From positions 302,850 through 366,849 of the forward strand of contig OZ246418.1 in the NCBI GenBank assembly GCA_965231155.1: a stretch of DNA of 64,000 nt, read 5' to 3'. The number at the start of each line of letters is the position of its first letter. Position 1 is the stretch's first letter. Made by a program: the position numbers and the translations under genes. Below the pieces are notes generated by a model. It saw only the letters and a program-made list of their open reading frames with translations, was not told the DNA's origin and did not search any database. The DNA comes from an uncultured Candidatus Saccharibacteria bacterium (GTDB taxonomy: Bacteria > Patescibacteriota > Minisyncoccia > UBA6257 > 2-01-FULL-56-20). Positions 27,132 to 36,503 of the stretch are shown here, piece after piece.

Positions 27132-27492
27132 GAAGGCCACGATTTTGGCGCTCACGGGCGACTTGGGGTCAGGCAAAACGGCTCTTACTCGGAGTCTTTT
27201 GAGAAATCTTGGTGTGAGAGGCCGGGTGACGAGTCCGACGTTTACTCTTATCCGTCACTATCGACTGAATAAAACAGCGCCTTTTACGGATGCCTATCAT
27301 ATGGATTGTTATCGTTTACGGAAGCCAGAAGAACTTCTTGTGCTGGGGTTCGAAGAGATTATTAATAATCCGAGCAATTTAGTAATTATCGAATGGCCAG
27401 AGTTGATGAAAAGCTACTTGTCCAAACAATCGACCGTAGAATTTTCTTTAGAACACGGCAAAGGAAAAAGTGAGCGGATTATACGTATATGA
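27043..27492 (+). CDS. tsaE: tRNA threonylcarbamoyladenosine biosynthesis protein TsaE
   Basis: P-loop LTGDLGSGKTALTR and TSPTFTL motif. The true start may lie downstream of the track start, given the ~90-nt overlap with the previous ORF. Confidence 0.75.
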   Translation: MKSYPSSSLKETGQIVKTKVLPILSKKKSKKATILALTGDLGSGKTALTRSLLRNLGVRGRVTSPTFTLIRHYRLNKTAPFTDAYHMDCYRLRKPEELLVLGFEEIINNPSNLVIIEWPELMKSYLSKQSTVEFSLEHGKGKSERIIRI

Positions 27493-28250
27493 AACTTATT
27501 TCGTTAAATATGTGGGCAGGAACTGTGTATGAGCCTCTCGTCAGGTTTATTAAAGAAGAAAGTATTAATACTGACATTTTTTGTTTTCAGGAGGTGCTGT
27601 TTGGTGATTCACCAGAATTCCTTCCAAAAACGAAAGCTCGGATAAACATTTTTCACGAAATAGAAAACGAATTAACGGACTTCACTTCATATACTCACTA
27701 TGCACCAACTGAATTTTTTCAGGACGAATCTTTACGGGGCGTGCGAATGGGGCAGGCAATCTTTGTGAGAAAATCGATTCTAGTCGATAGTTCCGGAGGA
27801 TTTCAGACGTATACTAAAGAAATTCCAAGCATGGAACTTGGTGGAAAAGCAACCGGAAATTGCCAGTGGATACATATTGGAGGGGATAACAAATTTCTTG
27901 TCGGGAACGTGCATGGTATGTGGCAGAGAGGAATAGGCAAGGCAGATACGCCAGAACGTATTGAACAGTCACAGATACTCAAAAACTTCCTAGCTAATTA
28001 TTCCGATAAAAAAATCTTGTGTGGGGACTTTAATCTTCTTCCGGACAGTAAAAGTGTCGCTATTATATCTGAAGGCATGAAGAATCTTATTCAGGAACAT
28101 GGCATCACTTCAACTCGTAGTGAATTTTATGAAAAACCAGATCGGTATGCAGACTATATATTCACCTCACCTGATACCTCGGTGTCTAGCTTTGTAGTTT
28201 CTCCTGCTGTTGTTTCTGATCATCTACCATTACTTTTGGAATTCAACTAG
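27489..28250 (+). CDS. Endonuclease/exonuclease/phosphatase (EEP) family protein
   Basis: MKLISLNMWAG N-terminus, internal GDFN, and a C-terminal SDHLP motif, consistent with the EEP fold. Confidence 0.65.
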   Translation: MKLISLNMWAGTVYEPLVRFIKEESINTDIFCFQEVLFGDSPEFLPKTKARINIFHEIENELTDFTSYTHYAPTEFFQDESLRGVRMGQAIFVRKSILVDSSGGFQTYTKEIPSMELGGKATGNCQWIHIGGDNKFLVGNVHGMWQRGIGKADTPERIEQSQILKNFLANYSDKKILCGDFNLLPDSKSVAIISEGMKNLIQEHGITSTRSEFYEKPDRYADYIFTSPDTSVSSFVVSPAVVSDHLPLLLEFN

Positions 28251-28252
28251 TT

Positions 28253-30742
28253 ATGAAAACACTTTTACTTATTGACTCGCATTCGCTCATTCATCGGGCG
28301 TATCATGCGTTGCCACCGATGACCTCGCCTGAAGGAACGCCAGCGCAGGCGCTCTATGGCCTTTCCAGCATTCTTTTAAAGATTCAGAAGGAGGATAAGC
28401 CAGATTATATCGCAGCCCTTTTTGATCGGCCGGAGCCGACATTTCGTAAAGAGAAATATGACGATTATAAGGCACAACGACCAAAGGCGGCCGATGAGCT
28501 GATTAGTCAGTTAATAGAAGCGCGTAATTTGTTTCAGGCCTTTGGCGTTCCGACTTTCGACTGCCCGAAGTTTGAGGCCGACGACTTAATCGTGACTTTC
28601 GCGAAGAGGTATGCGAAAGAAAAGAATTTGAGAGTGGTAATTCTCACGGGAGATTTGGATACATTGCAGATTGTGGACGGAGAGAAGATTGTGGTGAAGG
28701 TTTTAAAGAAGGGAGTCTCAGAAACGCTCACCTATAATGAAGCGGCAGTGAAGGAGCGGTATCAACTTTTGCCGAAACAGTTACTCGATTACAAGGCGTT
28801 GGTTGGCGACACTTCTGATAATGTGAAGGGTGTGCCGGGGATTGGGCCGAAGACGGCGACGGACTTATTGCTTCGATATGGAAGTCTGGAGGGTATTTTG
28901 AAAAGCAAGGATAAGAAGGATAAAAAAGCTCAGTTTATTCAGGCGCATGAAGCGGAGGCGCGCACGTCGTATGATTTAGTGTGGTTACGAAGTGATGCGC
29001 CGATCAAGATGCCTCAGTTAGAGGAGTTGACGTGTGCGCCAGACGCAGAGGTGATAAAAAAATACTTTGAAAAGTTTGGGTTTGGTAGTTTGTTGCGACG
29101 GATGGGCGCTGAGGAGGTGAAGAAGGCCGAGCCAAAGAGTCGTATCTCCCCGGCCGCCACGCTTTTTTCACAGATTCCTACGCCAACCAAGGCGACGAGT
29201 ACTGATGAAGCGATTTATTTTTTCTCGCCTGATTCAACCGCGACACTTACCGAACTGCGTTCTAAAAAAATAAAAATTGGGTTTGATCTGAAATATGCGA
29301 TTGAGAAGATTCGGTATACTGGCGGTGAGATTCGGCAACCATATTTTGATTTAGGCGTGGCGTTCTGGCTGACCGCGCCGGACTATAAAGCATATGATGC
29401 CGAGTCATTTTTTCAGAAGTTTTTTAAACGCTCGTTTCAGAAGACTGAAGCGGATCTGGTTTTAGCGAAAAATACGTTAGAAAAGAAACTAGCCGAGGAA
29501 GAACTGACCTATGTGTTCGAGGAGATTGAGATGCCGGTTCTGGACATCCTGGCGGATATGGAACGTTGGGGAATTACTACCAACGCCAGCGTGCTTCAGA
29601 AGGTGGAGGCGAAGATGACGAAGGTGATTGAGGGTTTAGAGAAGAAGATCTATGAGTCGGCGGGACGGGAGTTTAATATAAACTCTTCTTCGCAGTTGGG
29701 GGAGATTATTTTTGACACATTGGAATTGCATTTGCCGAGGAGTGTGAAAACTCCAGGCGGAGCGCGTTCAACGAAGGCGGAGGTGCTTGAGCTTTTAAAA
29801 GAGGCGCATCCGATTATTCCGGCCATTCTCGAGTATCGGGAGTTATTTAAGTTGAAAACGACGTATACGTCATCATTGCAAAAGCATATTCAGAGTGATG
29901 GACGTTTGCATACCGACTATATCCAGACTGGCGCCGGAACGGGTCGACTGAGTTCTGCGGCGCCTAACTTGCAGAACATTCCTCGAGAATCATTGTGGTC
30001 CCCGGAGATTCGGACAGCGTTTGAGGCGAGTAAGGGATATTCGTTGGTAGCTTTTGACTACTCGCAGATTGAGTTGCGACTTCTTGCGGCGCTCAGCGAG
30101 GACGAGGCGCTGATTCGGGCGTTTCGGGAAGGACAGGACATTCACACGCTTACCGCGTCGAAGGTGTTCGGACTCACACCCGCGGAGGTGAAGCCGGACG
30201 TACGACGGGTGGCGAAGATCTTAAACTTTGGGTTGATCTATGGAATGGGACCGCGGGCATTCGCGAAGACGAGCGGTTTTTCTCAGAGTGAGGCAGTGCA
30301 GTTTATTAAGACATATTTTGAAGCGTTTCCTCGAGTGCGGGAGTTTCAGGAAAAAGTGAAGGAGGAGGCGCGGACATTTGGCTATGTGAAAACACTGACC
30401 GGGCGACGACGGTATTTTCCGGACATCCATTCTTCTGGGCCACAGTTTATGGCGGCGGCCGAGCGTGAAGCGATGAATCATCCGCTTCAAGGCCTTGATG
30501 CGGATATTAATAAGTTGGCAATGATCAAAGTTGCCAACTGGCTTAAAGAAAAAGAGTACTGGGGTAATGAGGTGAAACTGCTTTTAGCGATTCACGACGA
30601 ATTGCTGTTCGAAATTCGCGATGATATGATGAGTGAGATCGTGCCTGTGATTCAGCGGTTAATGGAAGAGTCTTATGCACTTTCTGTGCCGTTAGTCGTC
30701 CAGGTATCTTCCGGAAAAAACTGGGGATCTTTAAAGGCTTAG
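28253..30742 (+). CDS. polA: DNA polymerase I
   Basis: N-terminal 5'-3' exonuclease domain. C-terminal family A polymerase motifs (RRxAKxxNFGxxYG motif B; HDELLFE motif C). 829 aa, with a short and probably inactive 3'-5' exonuclease region. Confidence 0.95.
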   Translation: MKTLLLIDSHSLIHRAYHALPPMTSPEGTPAQALYGLSSILLKIQKEDKPDYIAALFDRPEPTFRKEKYDDYKAQRPKAADELISQLIEARNLFQAFGVPTFDCPKFEADDLIVTFAKRYAKEKNLRVVILTGDLDTLQIVDGEKIVVKVLKKGVSETLTYNEAAVKERYQLLPKQLLDYKALVGDTSDNVKGVPGIGPKTATDLLLRYGSLEGILKSKDKKDKKAQFIQAHEAEARTSYDLVWLRSDAPIKMPQLEELTCAPDAEVIKKYFEKFGFGSLLRRMGAEEVKKAEPKSRISPAATLFSQIPTPTKATSTDEAIYFFSPDSTATLTELRSKKIKIGFDLKYAIEKIRYTGGEIRQPYFDLGVAFWLTAPDYKAYDAESFFQKFFKRSFQKTEADLVLAKNTLEKKLAEEELTYVFEEIEMPVLDILADMERWGITTNASVLQKVEAKMTKVIEGLEKKIYESAGREFNINSSSQLGEIIFDTLELHLPRSVKTPGGARSTKAEVLELLKEAHPIIPAILEYRELFKLKTTYTSSLQKHIQSDGRLHTDYIQTGAGTGRLSSAAPNLQNIPRESLWSPEIRTAFEASKGYSLVAFDYSQIELRLLAALSEDEALIRAFREGQDIHTLTASKVFGLTPAEVKPDVRRVAKILNFGLIYGMGPRAFAKTSGFSQSEAVQFIKTYFEAFPRVREFQEKVKEEARTFGYVKTLTGRRRYFPDIHSSGPQFMAAAEREAMNHPLQGLDADINKLAMIKVANWLKEKEYWGNEVKLLLAIHDELLFEIRDDMMSEIVPVIQRLMEESYALSVPLVVQVSSGKNWGSLKA

Positions 30743-30752
30743 TTACTGAGGG

Positions 30753-32120
30753 TTGTTAGATTTTTTATACATGAATTCTTTTTTTGAAAATTTCAGAAAT
30801 GCTTTTCGTCCAGAAGTAATCGCTCGCCCAGAAGGACGCCTGATTCTTTTTGTGTTGGTATTCTTCCTGGCGCTTTTAGGAGTGAGCGTGGTCTATTTCC
30901 CATTGCCATTAGTGCTTGCTTCCGGAGCGCTTTTTTTGCTGGCAAGTTTTACCTACTTCTTCCTTTTAGGAAAGTTGACTGGCGTGAAGCAGGATACACA
31001 AGCGGAGCGAGGAGAGTTAAAGGGAATTCTTTTAAATCTTGAGGATGCGCTTTTGGTCTACGACAAAGACTTCAAGATTATTTTCTTTAATCCCGCAGCG
31101 GAAAAACTTTTTAGAATTAAGAGGGAGGAGGTGGTAGGCAAGGTGGTGACTCCTCAGGACGTGGGTAAGGAGGCAATGAGATTGCTGGTCCAGGTGGTCT
31201 TTACCTCGCTTGCTCCAGTGATGGTCAGTCGTTCTGAGGCAGGGTCATATCCTCAGATTACCGATCTTTCTTGGGATGATCCATTTATTAGTTTACGTAC
31301 TTCGACCATGCCTCTCCGTGACGAGACAGGTGGCGTGGTCGGGTTTATGAAGATTGTGAAAGATCGGACACGGGAGATTTCTTTAATTAAATCGAAAAAC
31401 GAATTTATCGCGGTGGCTTCGCATCAACTGCGAACGCCAGTTACGAATATTAAGTGGTCGCTCGAGGCGTTGTCTGGTGAAACTGGGTTGTCTGATGCGG
31501 CGAAAGGCTTTTTGGGAAGTGCCATGGAAGGAGCAAAGTTGCTTTCGGCAGTTGTAGAGGATCTTCTGTCGACGAGCAAGATTGAGGATGGTCGGTTTGG
31601 CTACGAGATAAAAGAGACTGATTTAATTGAGTTCGTTTCGCAGATTTTACCACTGGCACTTTCTGAAGCAGAGCAGGTGGGGGTGAAGTTGTATTTTGAT
31701 CGACCGACCGAAGTGTTGCCGAAGGTGTTTATTGATCCAGCAAAGATCACTATGGTGTTCGAGAATCTTTTGGATAACGCATTGCGTTACAACGTCAAAG
31801 AGGGACAGGTGACGGTGAAGTTGGCGAAAGATCCGGCCAAACCATTTATCGAAGTCCAGATTAAAGATACCGGCGTGGGTATTCCTCCTTCGGCAGCCGA
31901 AAAATTGTTTACCAAGTTTTTCCGAGCCGAAAATGTAGTGAAATCACAAACTACTGGCACTGGCTTAGGTTTATATATCGTAAAAAATATTATTCAGGCC
32001 CACGGCGGAAAAATCTGGGTGGAGTCCGAGGAGAACCGCGGAACGACCATGCATTTCACTTTACCAACTGATCGCTCGGCGGTACCGACACATGAAGTGC
32101 CGTTGGATTTGATTGCTTAG
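30753..32120 (+). CDS. Sensor histidine kinase (two TM helices, PAS-like, HisKA, HATPase)
   Basis: H-box ASHQLRTPVT. N, G1 and G2 boxes (DNALRY, DTGVGI, GTGLGL). No response regulator adjacent. Confidence 0.85.
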   Translation: MLDFLYMNSFFENFRNAFRPEVIARPEGRLILFVLVFFLALLGVSVVYFPLPLVLASGALFLLASFTYFFLLGKLTGVKQDTQAERGELKGILLNLEDALLVYDKDFKIIFFNPAAEKLFRIKREEVVGKVVTPQDVGKEAMRLLVQVVFTSLAPVMVSRSEAGSYPQITDLSWDDPFISLRTSTMPLRDETGGVVGFMKIVKDRTREISLIKSKNEFIAVASHQLRTPVTNIKWSLEALSGETGLSDAAKGFLGSAMEGAKLLSAVVEDLLSTSKIEDGRFGYEIKETDLIEFVSQILPLALSEAEQVGVKLYFDRPTEVLPKVFIDPAKITMVFENLLDNALRYNVKEGQVTVKLAKDPAKPFIEVQIKDTGVGIPPSAAEKLFTKFFRAENVVKSQTTGTGLGLYIVKNIIQAHGGKIWVESEENRGTTMHFTLPTDRSAVPTHEVPLDLIA

Positions 32121-32146
32121 GGTGTTTTGAGATATCCTCCGAGCAT

Positions 32147-32995
32147 ATGCCGGAACTGCCAGAGGTAGAAACAATTAGAAGAGACTTAGAGAAGAAGCTC
32201 GTTGGCCAGACGATCCGTCGGGCAGAGATTCTGTCCTTTAATCGAGTCAGTCCAAAGGATCTGGCTAAGAGGTTGGTTGGTTTTCAAGTGCTGAAGGTTT
32301 CGCGTCGGGCAAAGTTATTGGCACTCGAAGGAAAGAACGATTTCCTTTTGTTTCATTTGAAGATGACAGGACAGATGGTTCTGAGACATAAGAAAGAAAT
32401 TGTGTTTGGTGGACATCCCATTGCAGGACTTGCTGAGTTGCCGAATAAATATACTCGAGCGATTTTTCATTTTAAAAATGGTGACACACTTTATTTCAAT
32501 GACTTGCGGAAGTTCGGGTATATCAAGTTGGTTTCGAAAAGAGAAGCAGAAGAGATTTTTAGTACATATGGTCCTGAGCCATTAGAAAAAGAATTTACGT
32601 ATAAACGATTTTTAGAAATTGTCGGCACCCGAAAAACAAGCAAGCTCAAACCGTTTCTTTTAGACCAGACAAAGATTGGTGGTTTGGGAAATATATATGT
32701 AGACGAGGCGTGTTTTATGTCTGGCATTCGACCAACAAGGCGAGTAGAAAGCTTGACCAGCGCCGAGAAGGAGAAGCTTTGGAAGGCGATTCGGGCGGTG
32801 CTCGCGAAGTCAGTTAAGCATCGGGGAACTTCGTTCAATAGCTATGTAGATAGCGATGGAAAAACTGGTGGTTTCTGGAAATATTTGCATGTGTATGGGA
32901 AGAAGGGGGAGTTGTGCAAGAGGTGTAAACACAATATTATCTACACAAAGCTGGCTGGTCGGGGGACGCACTACTGCCCTTACTGCCAGAAGTAG
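32147..32995 (+). CDS. mutM: Formamidopyrimidine-DNA glycosylase
   Basis: MPELPEVE N-terminus with catalytic Pro2/Glu3. C-terminal CxxC-x16-CxxC zinc finger. Confidence 0.9.
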   Translation: MPELPEVETIRRDLEKKLVGQTIRRAEILSFNRVSPKDLAKRLVGFQVLKVSRRAKLLALEGKNDFLLFHLKMTGQMVLRHKKEIVFGGHPIAGLAELPNKYTRAIFHFKNGDTLYFNDLRKFGYIKLVSKREAEEIFSTYGPEPLEKEFTYKRFLEIVGTRKTSKLKPFLLDQTKIGGLGNIYVDEACFMSGIRPTRRVESLTSAEKEKLWKAIRAVLAKSVKHRGTSFNSYVDSDGKTGGFWKYLHVYGKKGELCKRCKHNIIYTKLAGRGTHYCPYCQK

Positions 32996-33027
32996 CTCGT
33001 TGCTTCGATTGGCTAAACTTACTGCAA

Positions 33028-33807
33028 ATGATCCTTTCTCTTATTGGTCCAGATGATTATCGTCGCGAAAAGCGTCGTCGATTTTTAGTGGAGGAATTTC
33101 GGAAGAAGTATGGGTTACATGGAGTGGAGAAGTTTGTGGTCTCTAGTAAAGAAGGGCGAGAGAAGTTCCATGAATTGGTTATCTCGCCTTCGCTTTTCAG
33201 TCCGAAGCGGTTGGCGGTTTTAGAAGGAGTGTTTGAGGTGGAGGATAAGGAGTTTCTGTCTGACCTGAAACGAGTGGCCGTAGATCCAACGATGTGGGTG
33301 TTTGTTTCCGAAAGAGACAAGGTGCCGGCAGTTTTTAAGTTTATTACCAAAGCGCCTACTACCGTCGAAGAGTTTTCGTTTCTTGAAGGTGAGGCGTGGA
33401 AGAAGTTTGTGTTTGATGAGGCGAAGTCTCGAGAAGTGGTTTTTGATCAGGAGGCTTTTCGAGTTTTTCTTCGTAGCTATGAGAATGATACCTGGCGAAT
33501 GGCGACGGAGCTGGACCGCCTCGCTTCAAAGGGGGGAGTGATTTCAATAAATGATCTCAATTCTTTGGATGGTCAAACAGTGTTTAACTTGTGGGGGGCA
33601 CTGAACCAGTTGCGCGGATCTGTTCTCTCGCAACGTCTATACACGTTGGAGAAAATTTTTATGAACCAGGAGCCGGCAGCGAAGATTTTTAACATTATGG
33701 CAGCTCAGGCTGGCGGAGAGACTCCTCGGTTTGCAGAGTATGATGTCGCCATTAAGTCGGGTAAGCTAGAGTACGAAGAAGTATTGCTTGATTTTGTTTT
33801 GCGTTGA
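33028..33807 (+). CDS. Hypothetical protein; possibly a DNA polymerase III delta-like clamp-loader subunit (weak)
   Basis: The size and position next to repair genes are suggestive. No clear motif. Confidence 0.25.
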   Translation: MILSLIGPDDYRREKRRRFLVEEFRKKYGLHGVEKFVVSSKEGREKFHELVISPSLFSPKRLAVLEGVFEVEDKEFLSDLKRVAVDPTMWVFVSERDKVPAVFKFITKAPTTVEEFSFLEGEAWKKFVFDEAKSREVVFDQEAFRVFLRSYENDTWRMATELDRLASKGGVISINDLNSLDGQTVFNLWGALNQLRGSVLSQRLYTLEKIFMNQEPAAKIFNIMAAQAGGETPRFAEYDVAIKSGKLEYEEVLLDFVLR

Positions 33808-33832
33808 AGAGCGTGATATATATAATAGAACT

Positions 33833-34123
33833 ATGAGTGAAGGACACGGACATGGAGGACACGAGGCGCATGGTGGTGGACGTGAAGCACACGGCCACGA
33901 GTCTAAGGATTCATACGTAGGGAAAATGGTTGAGAAGTTGAGAAAGAAACTATCAGTAACCAGTCTTTTGAATAAGGTTTTTCGATCATTTCCTCTAAAG
34001 AATACGCCCTTGGGATGGCTTTGGAACTATGAGTCGGGCTGGAGTCCTGATAATCACGGGAAGGGCCATGGTGGCGGACACGGAGACGCACATGGTGGTG
34101 ATCATGGAGGAGGGCACCATTAA
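33833..34123 (+). CDS. Small His/Gly-rich putative metal-binding protein
   Basis: MSEGHGHGGHEAHGGGREAHGHE at the N-terminus and HGKGHGGGHGDAHGGDHGGGHH at the C-terminus. The start is set at the Met preceded by tatataatag. Confidence 0.45.
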   Translation: MSEGHGHGGHEAHGGGREAHGHESKDSYVGKMVEKLRKKLSVTSLLNKVFRSFPLKNTPLGWLWNYESGWSPDNHGKGHGGGHGDAHGGDHGGGHH

Positions 34124-34143
34124 GGGAAATCAAAAAACGGCGC

Positions 34144-34404
34144 TTAGGCCGTTTTTAGTTTCTTGGAGAGTCTTGATTTCATGCGACTGGCGGCATTTGG
34201 CTTGATAGTCTTCTTTTTTGCCGCTTTGTCTAATACCTGAAAGACCTGCGGGAGCTTCTCTTTAGCCTTGGTCCAGTCCTTGGCGGTCACGAGTTTGCGA
34301 AACTCCTTAACTGCTTTTTTGTAGGTATCTTTGGTCTTTATATTAAGCGCCCGACGGGTTTTGCTTTGTCGGAGGGCCTTTTTTGCTGAAGAAGTTTTTG
34401 GCAT
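34144..34404 (-). CDS. rpsT: 30S ribosomal protein S20
   Basis: MPKTSSAKKALRQSKTRRALN..., 87 aa taken from the internal Met of the track ORF. Confidence 0.8.
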   Translation of the reverse strand: MPKTSSAKKALRQSKTRRALNIKTKDTYKKAVKEFRKLVTAKDWTKAKEKLPQVFQVLDKAAKKKTIKPNAASRMKSRLSKKLKTA

Positions 34405-34502
34405 ATCTAATATATAGGTAGGGAGTGTATCAGTTTTACCACAGTCCGTCAATGCTGGTTTTTTGGCTTTGGGCTCGAGGAATACCCTGGTATAATAGGC
34501 TG

Positions 34503-35081
34503 GTGCTTTATAGTATCTCTGGAACATTAAAGTTGAAAGAGGGGAGTCTGGCGGTAGTTGAGACGGGTGGCGTGGCTTTTAAGGTTTTGACCAGCGCTCA
34601 GACGTTGAACCTTTTGCCGACAGTCGGTAGCCAGGTATTTCTTTTTACCCATCTTCATATGAGGGATGATGCTTTGGAGTTGTATGGTTTTTCTTCGACT
34701 GAGGAGTTGCGGTTTTTTGAACTTCTCATCTCTGTCTCTGGAGTCGGACCCAAGTCGGCCCTAGCGATTCTCGGTGTTTCCGATCTTCATTCTTTAGGGG
34801 CAGCTATTCAGGAGGGACGACCAGATCTTTTGACGCAGGTTTCTGGAGTGGGGAGAAAGACGGCTGAACGAATCATTGTGGAGCTACGAAGCAAGGTGGT
34901 GGTCAGCCAGTCGGCAAAGACAGTGGAAGGAATGGACTCCGATACTGATGTGCTGGATATGTTGGTAAGCTTGGGATACCGTCGTGATCAGGCGGCCCAA
35001 GCCCTGAGGGGTCTCGAAGAGAAAGTCCAGGGAACTGAGGCGCGACTGAAAATGGCATTAAAGATTCTCAGCGGAAAATGA
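34503..35081 (+). CDS. ruvA: Holliday junction DNA helicase RuvA
   Basis: GVAFKV...GFSSTEELRFFELLISVSGVGPKSALAIL (helix-hairpin-helix motifs). Probable GTG start at 34503. The track ORF begins at 34425 with no canonical RuvA N-terminus. Confidence 0.75.
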   Translation: MLYSISGTLKLKEGSLAVVETGGVAFKVLTSAQTLNLLPTVGSQVFLFTHLHMRDDALELYGFSSTEELRFFELLISVSGVGPKSALAILGVSDLHSLGAAIQEGRPDLLTQVSGVGRKTAERIIVELRSKVVVSQSAKTVEGMDSDTDVLDMLVSLGYRRDQAAQALRGLEEKVQGTEARLKMALKILSGK

Positions 35082-35125
35082 TCTGTGCGGTATACTTAAT
35101 TGCGTAACTGTTTTACATTAACACT

Positions 35126-36472
35126 ATGAAACTAACTTTTTGTGGGGGAGCGGGTGTGGTCACTGGTGCGAACTATCTTTTGGAATCTGGCAACACGAAG
35201 ATTCTTGTTGATTGTGGATTGGAACAGGGCGGGTCGTTTGTGGAAAAGAAAAACTTTGAACCATTTCCTTATGATCCGGCGACGATTACGGCGGTCTTTA
35301 TTACTCACGCCCATATTGATCACACCGGACTTTTACCGAAACTCTACAAAGATGGTTTTCGTGGGACGGTTTATTCGACGCCTCCGACAAAGGATTTTGC
35401 CGAACTTCTCCTTCTTGATTCGGAGCACATTCTTGGGCTTGAGGCCGAGCGCACGGGGCACTCGCCACTATATGGAACAGATGACATTGAAGGCATTATG
35501 AGTCACTGGAAGGGTATGCAGTACCATGAGGCTGTAAGCATAGGGGATTTTGAGGTGGAGCTTTTTGATGCCGGACACATCTTGGGTTCAGCGTTTATTC
35601 GAGTGAAGGCGGAGGGCAAGAAGGTGGTCTTCTCCGGAGATCTTGGAAATTATCCCGCGCCAGTTATTAAGCCAACCGAGTTTATTGATGAAGCGGACTA
35701 CTGTTTAATTGAGTCAACTTATGGAGGGCGTATTCATGAGGATTCAAGTCAGAGGGAACTTTCGTTAGAGCGGGCTATTGAAGATACTGTACGAGCTGGT
35801 GGAGTGCTCTTAATTCCAGCTTTTGCGTTAGAGCGGACACAGGAGTTGCTCTACCAATTAAATGATTTAGTAGAAGGTGGTCGAGTGCCTCGGGTGGCGA
35901 TGTATGTCGATAGTCCGTTAGCCATCAAGCTCACCACAATTTATAGAAAGTATCCAAAATATTTCAACAAAGAGACGCAGGAGCAGGTTCATGGTGGCGA
36001 CGATATTCTTAATTTTCCTGGACTTCGTTTTACCTTGACGCCTGAGGAGTCAAAGGAGATTAATACTGCACCGACTCCAAAGGTGATTATTGCTGGTTCG
36101 GGTATGTCTCATGGTGGACGCATCTTGCATCACGAGATCCGGTATCTTTCCGATGAGAAGAATATGCTTTTGATTATCGGTTATCAGGCCCGTGGTTCTA
36201 TGGGGCGACGATTGCTTGAGGGCGCTTCTTCAGTAAACATTTTTGGTGAACATGTGCCGGTTCGTTGTCAGGTTCGTTCGGTGTCTGCCTACTCAGCGCA
36301 TGCCGATCAGCCTCGACTAGTGAACTGGTTAAAGCCGATGCAAACTTCTTTAAAAAAGGTTTTCTTGATTCAGGGAGAGGAAGAGCAGAGTCTGGCATTA
36401 GGCGAGAAGGTAAGGGCTGAGCTTGGTCTTGAGGCTATTATCCCAAAGATGGGAGACTCGTTTGAGCTTTAG
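35126..36472 (+). CDS. Metallo-beta-lactamase-fold / beta-CASP ribonuclease (RNase J/CPSF-like)
   Basis: ITHAHIDHTG (HxHxDH). beta-CASP region with conserved His near the C-terminus (SAYSAHAD). Confidence 0.8.
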   Translation: MKLTFCGGAGVVTGANYLLESGNTKILVDCGLEQGGSFVEKKNFEPFPYDPATITAVFITHAHIDHTGLLPKLYKDGFRGTVYSTPPTKDFAELLLLDSEHILGLEAERTGHSPLYGTDDIEGIMSHWKGMQYHEAVSIGDFEVELFDAGHILGSAFIRVKAEGKKVVFSGDLGNYPAPVIKPTEFIDEADYCLIESTYGGRIHEDSSQRELSLERAIEDTVRAGGVLLIPAFALERTQELLYQLNDLVEGGRVPRVAMYVDSPLAIKLTTIYRKYPKYFNKETQEQVHGGDDILNFPGLRFTLTPEESKEINTAPTPKVIIAGSGMSHGGRILHHEIRYLSDEKNMLLIIGYQARGSMGRRLLEGASSVNIFGEHVPVRCQVRSVSAYSAHADQPRLVNWLKPMQTSLKKVFLIQGEEEQSLALGEKVRAELGLEAIIPKMGDSFEL

Positions 36473-36503
36473 TTTTTTGGTTTCTTAAAAAATATTTTCT
36501 GGA

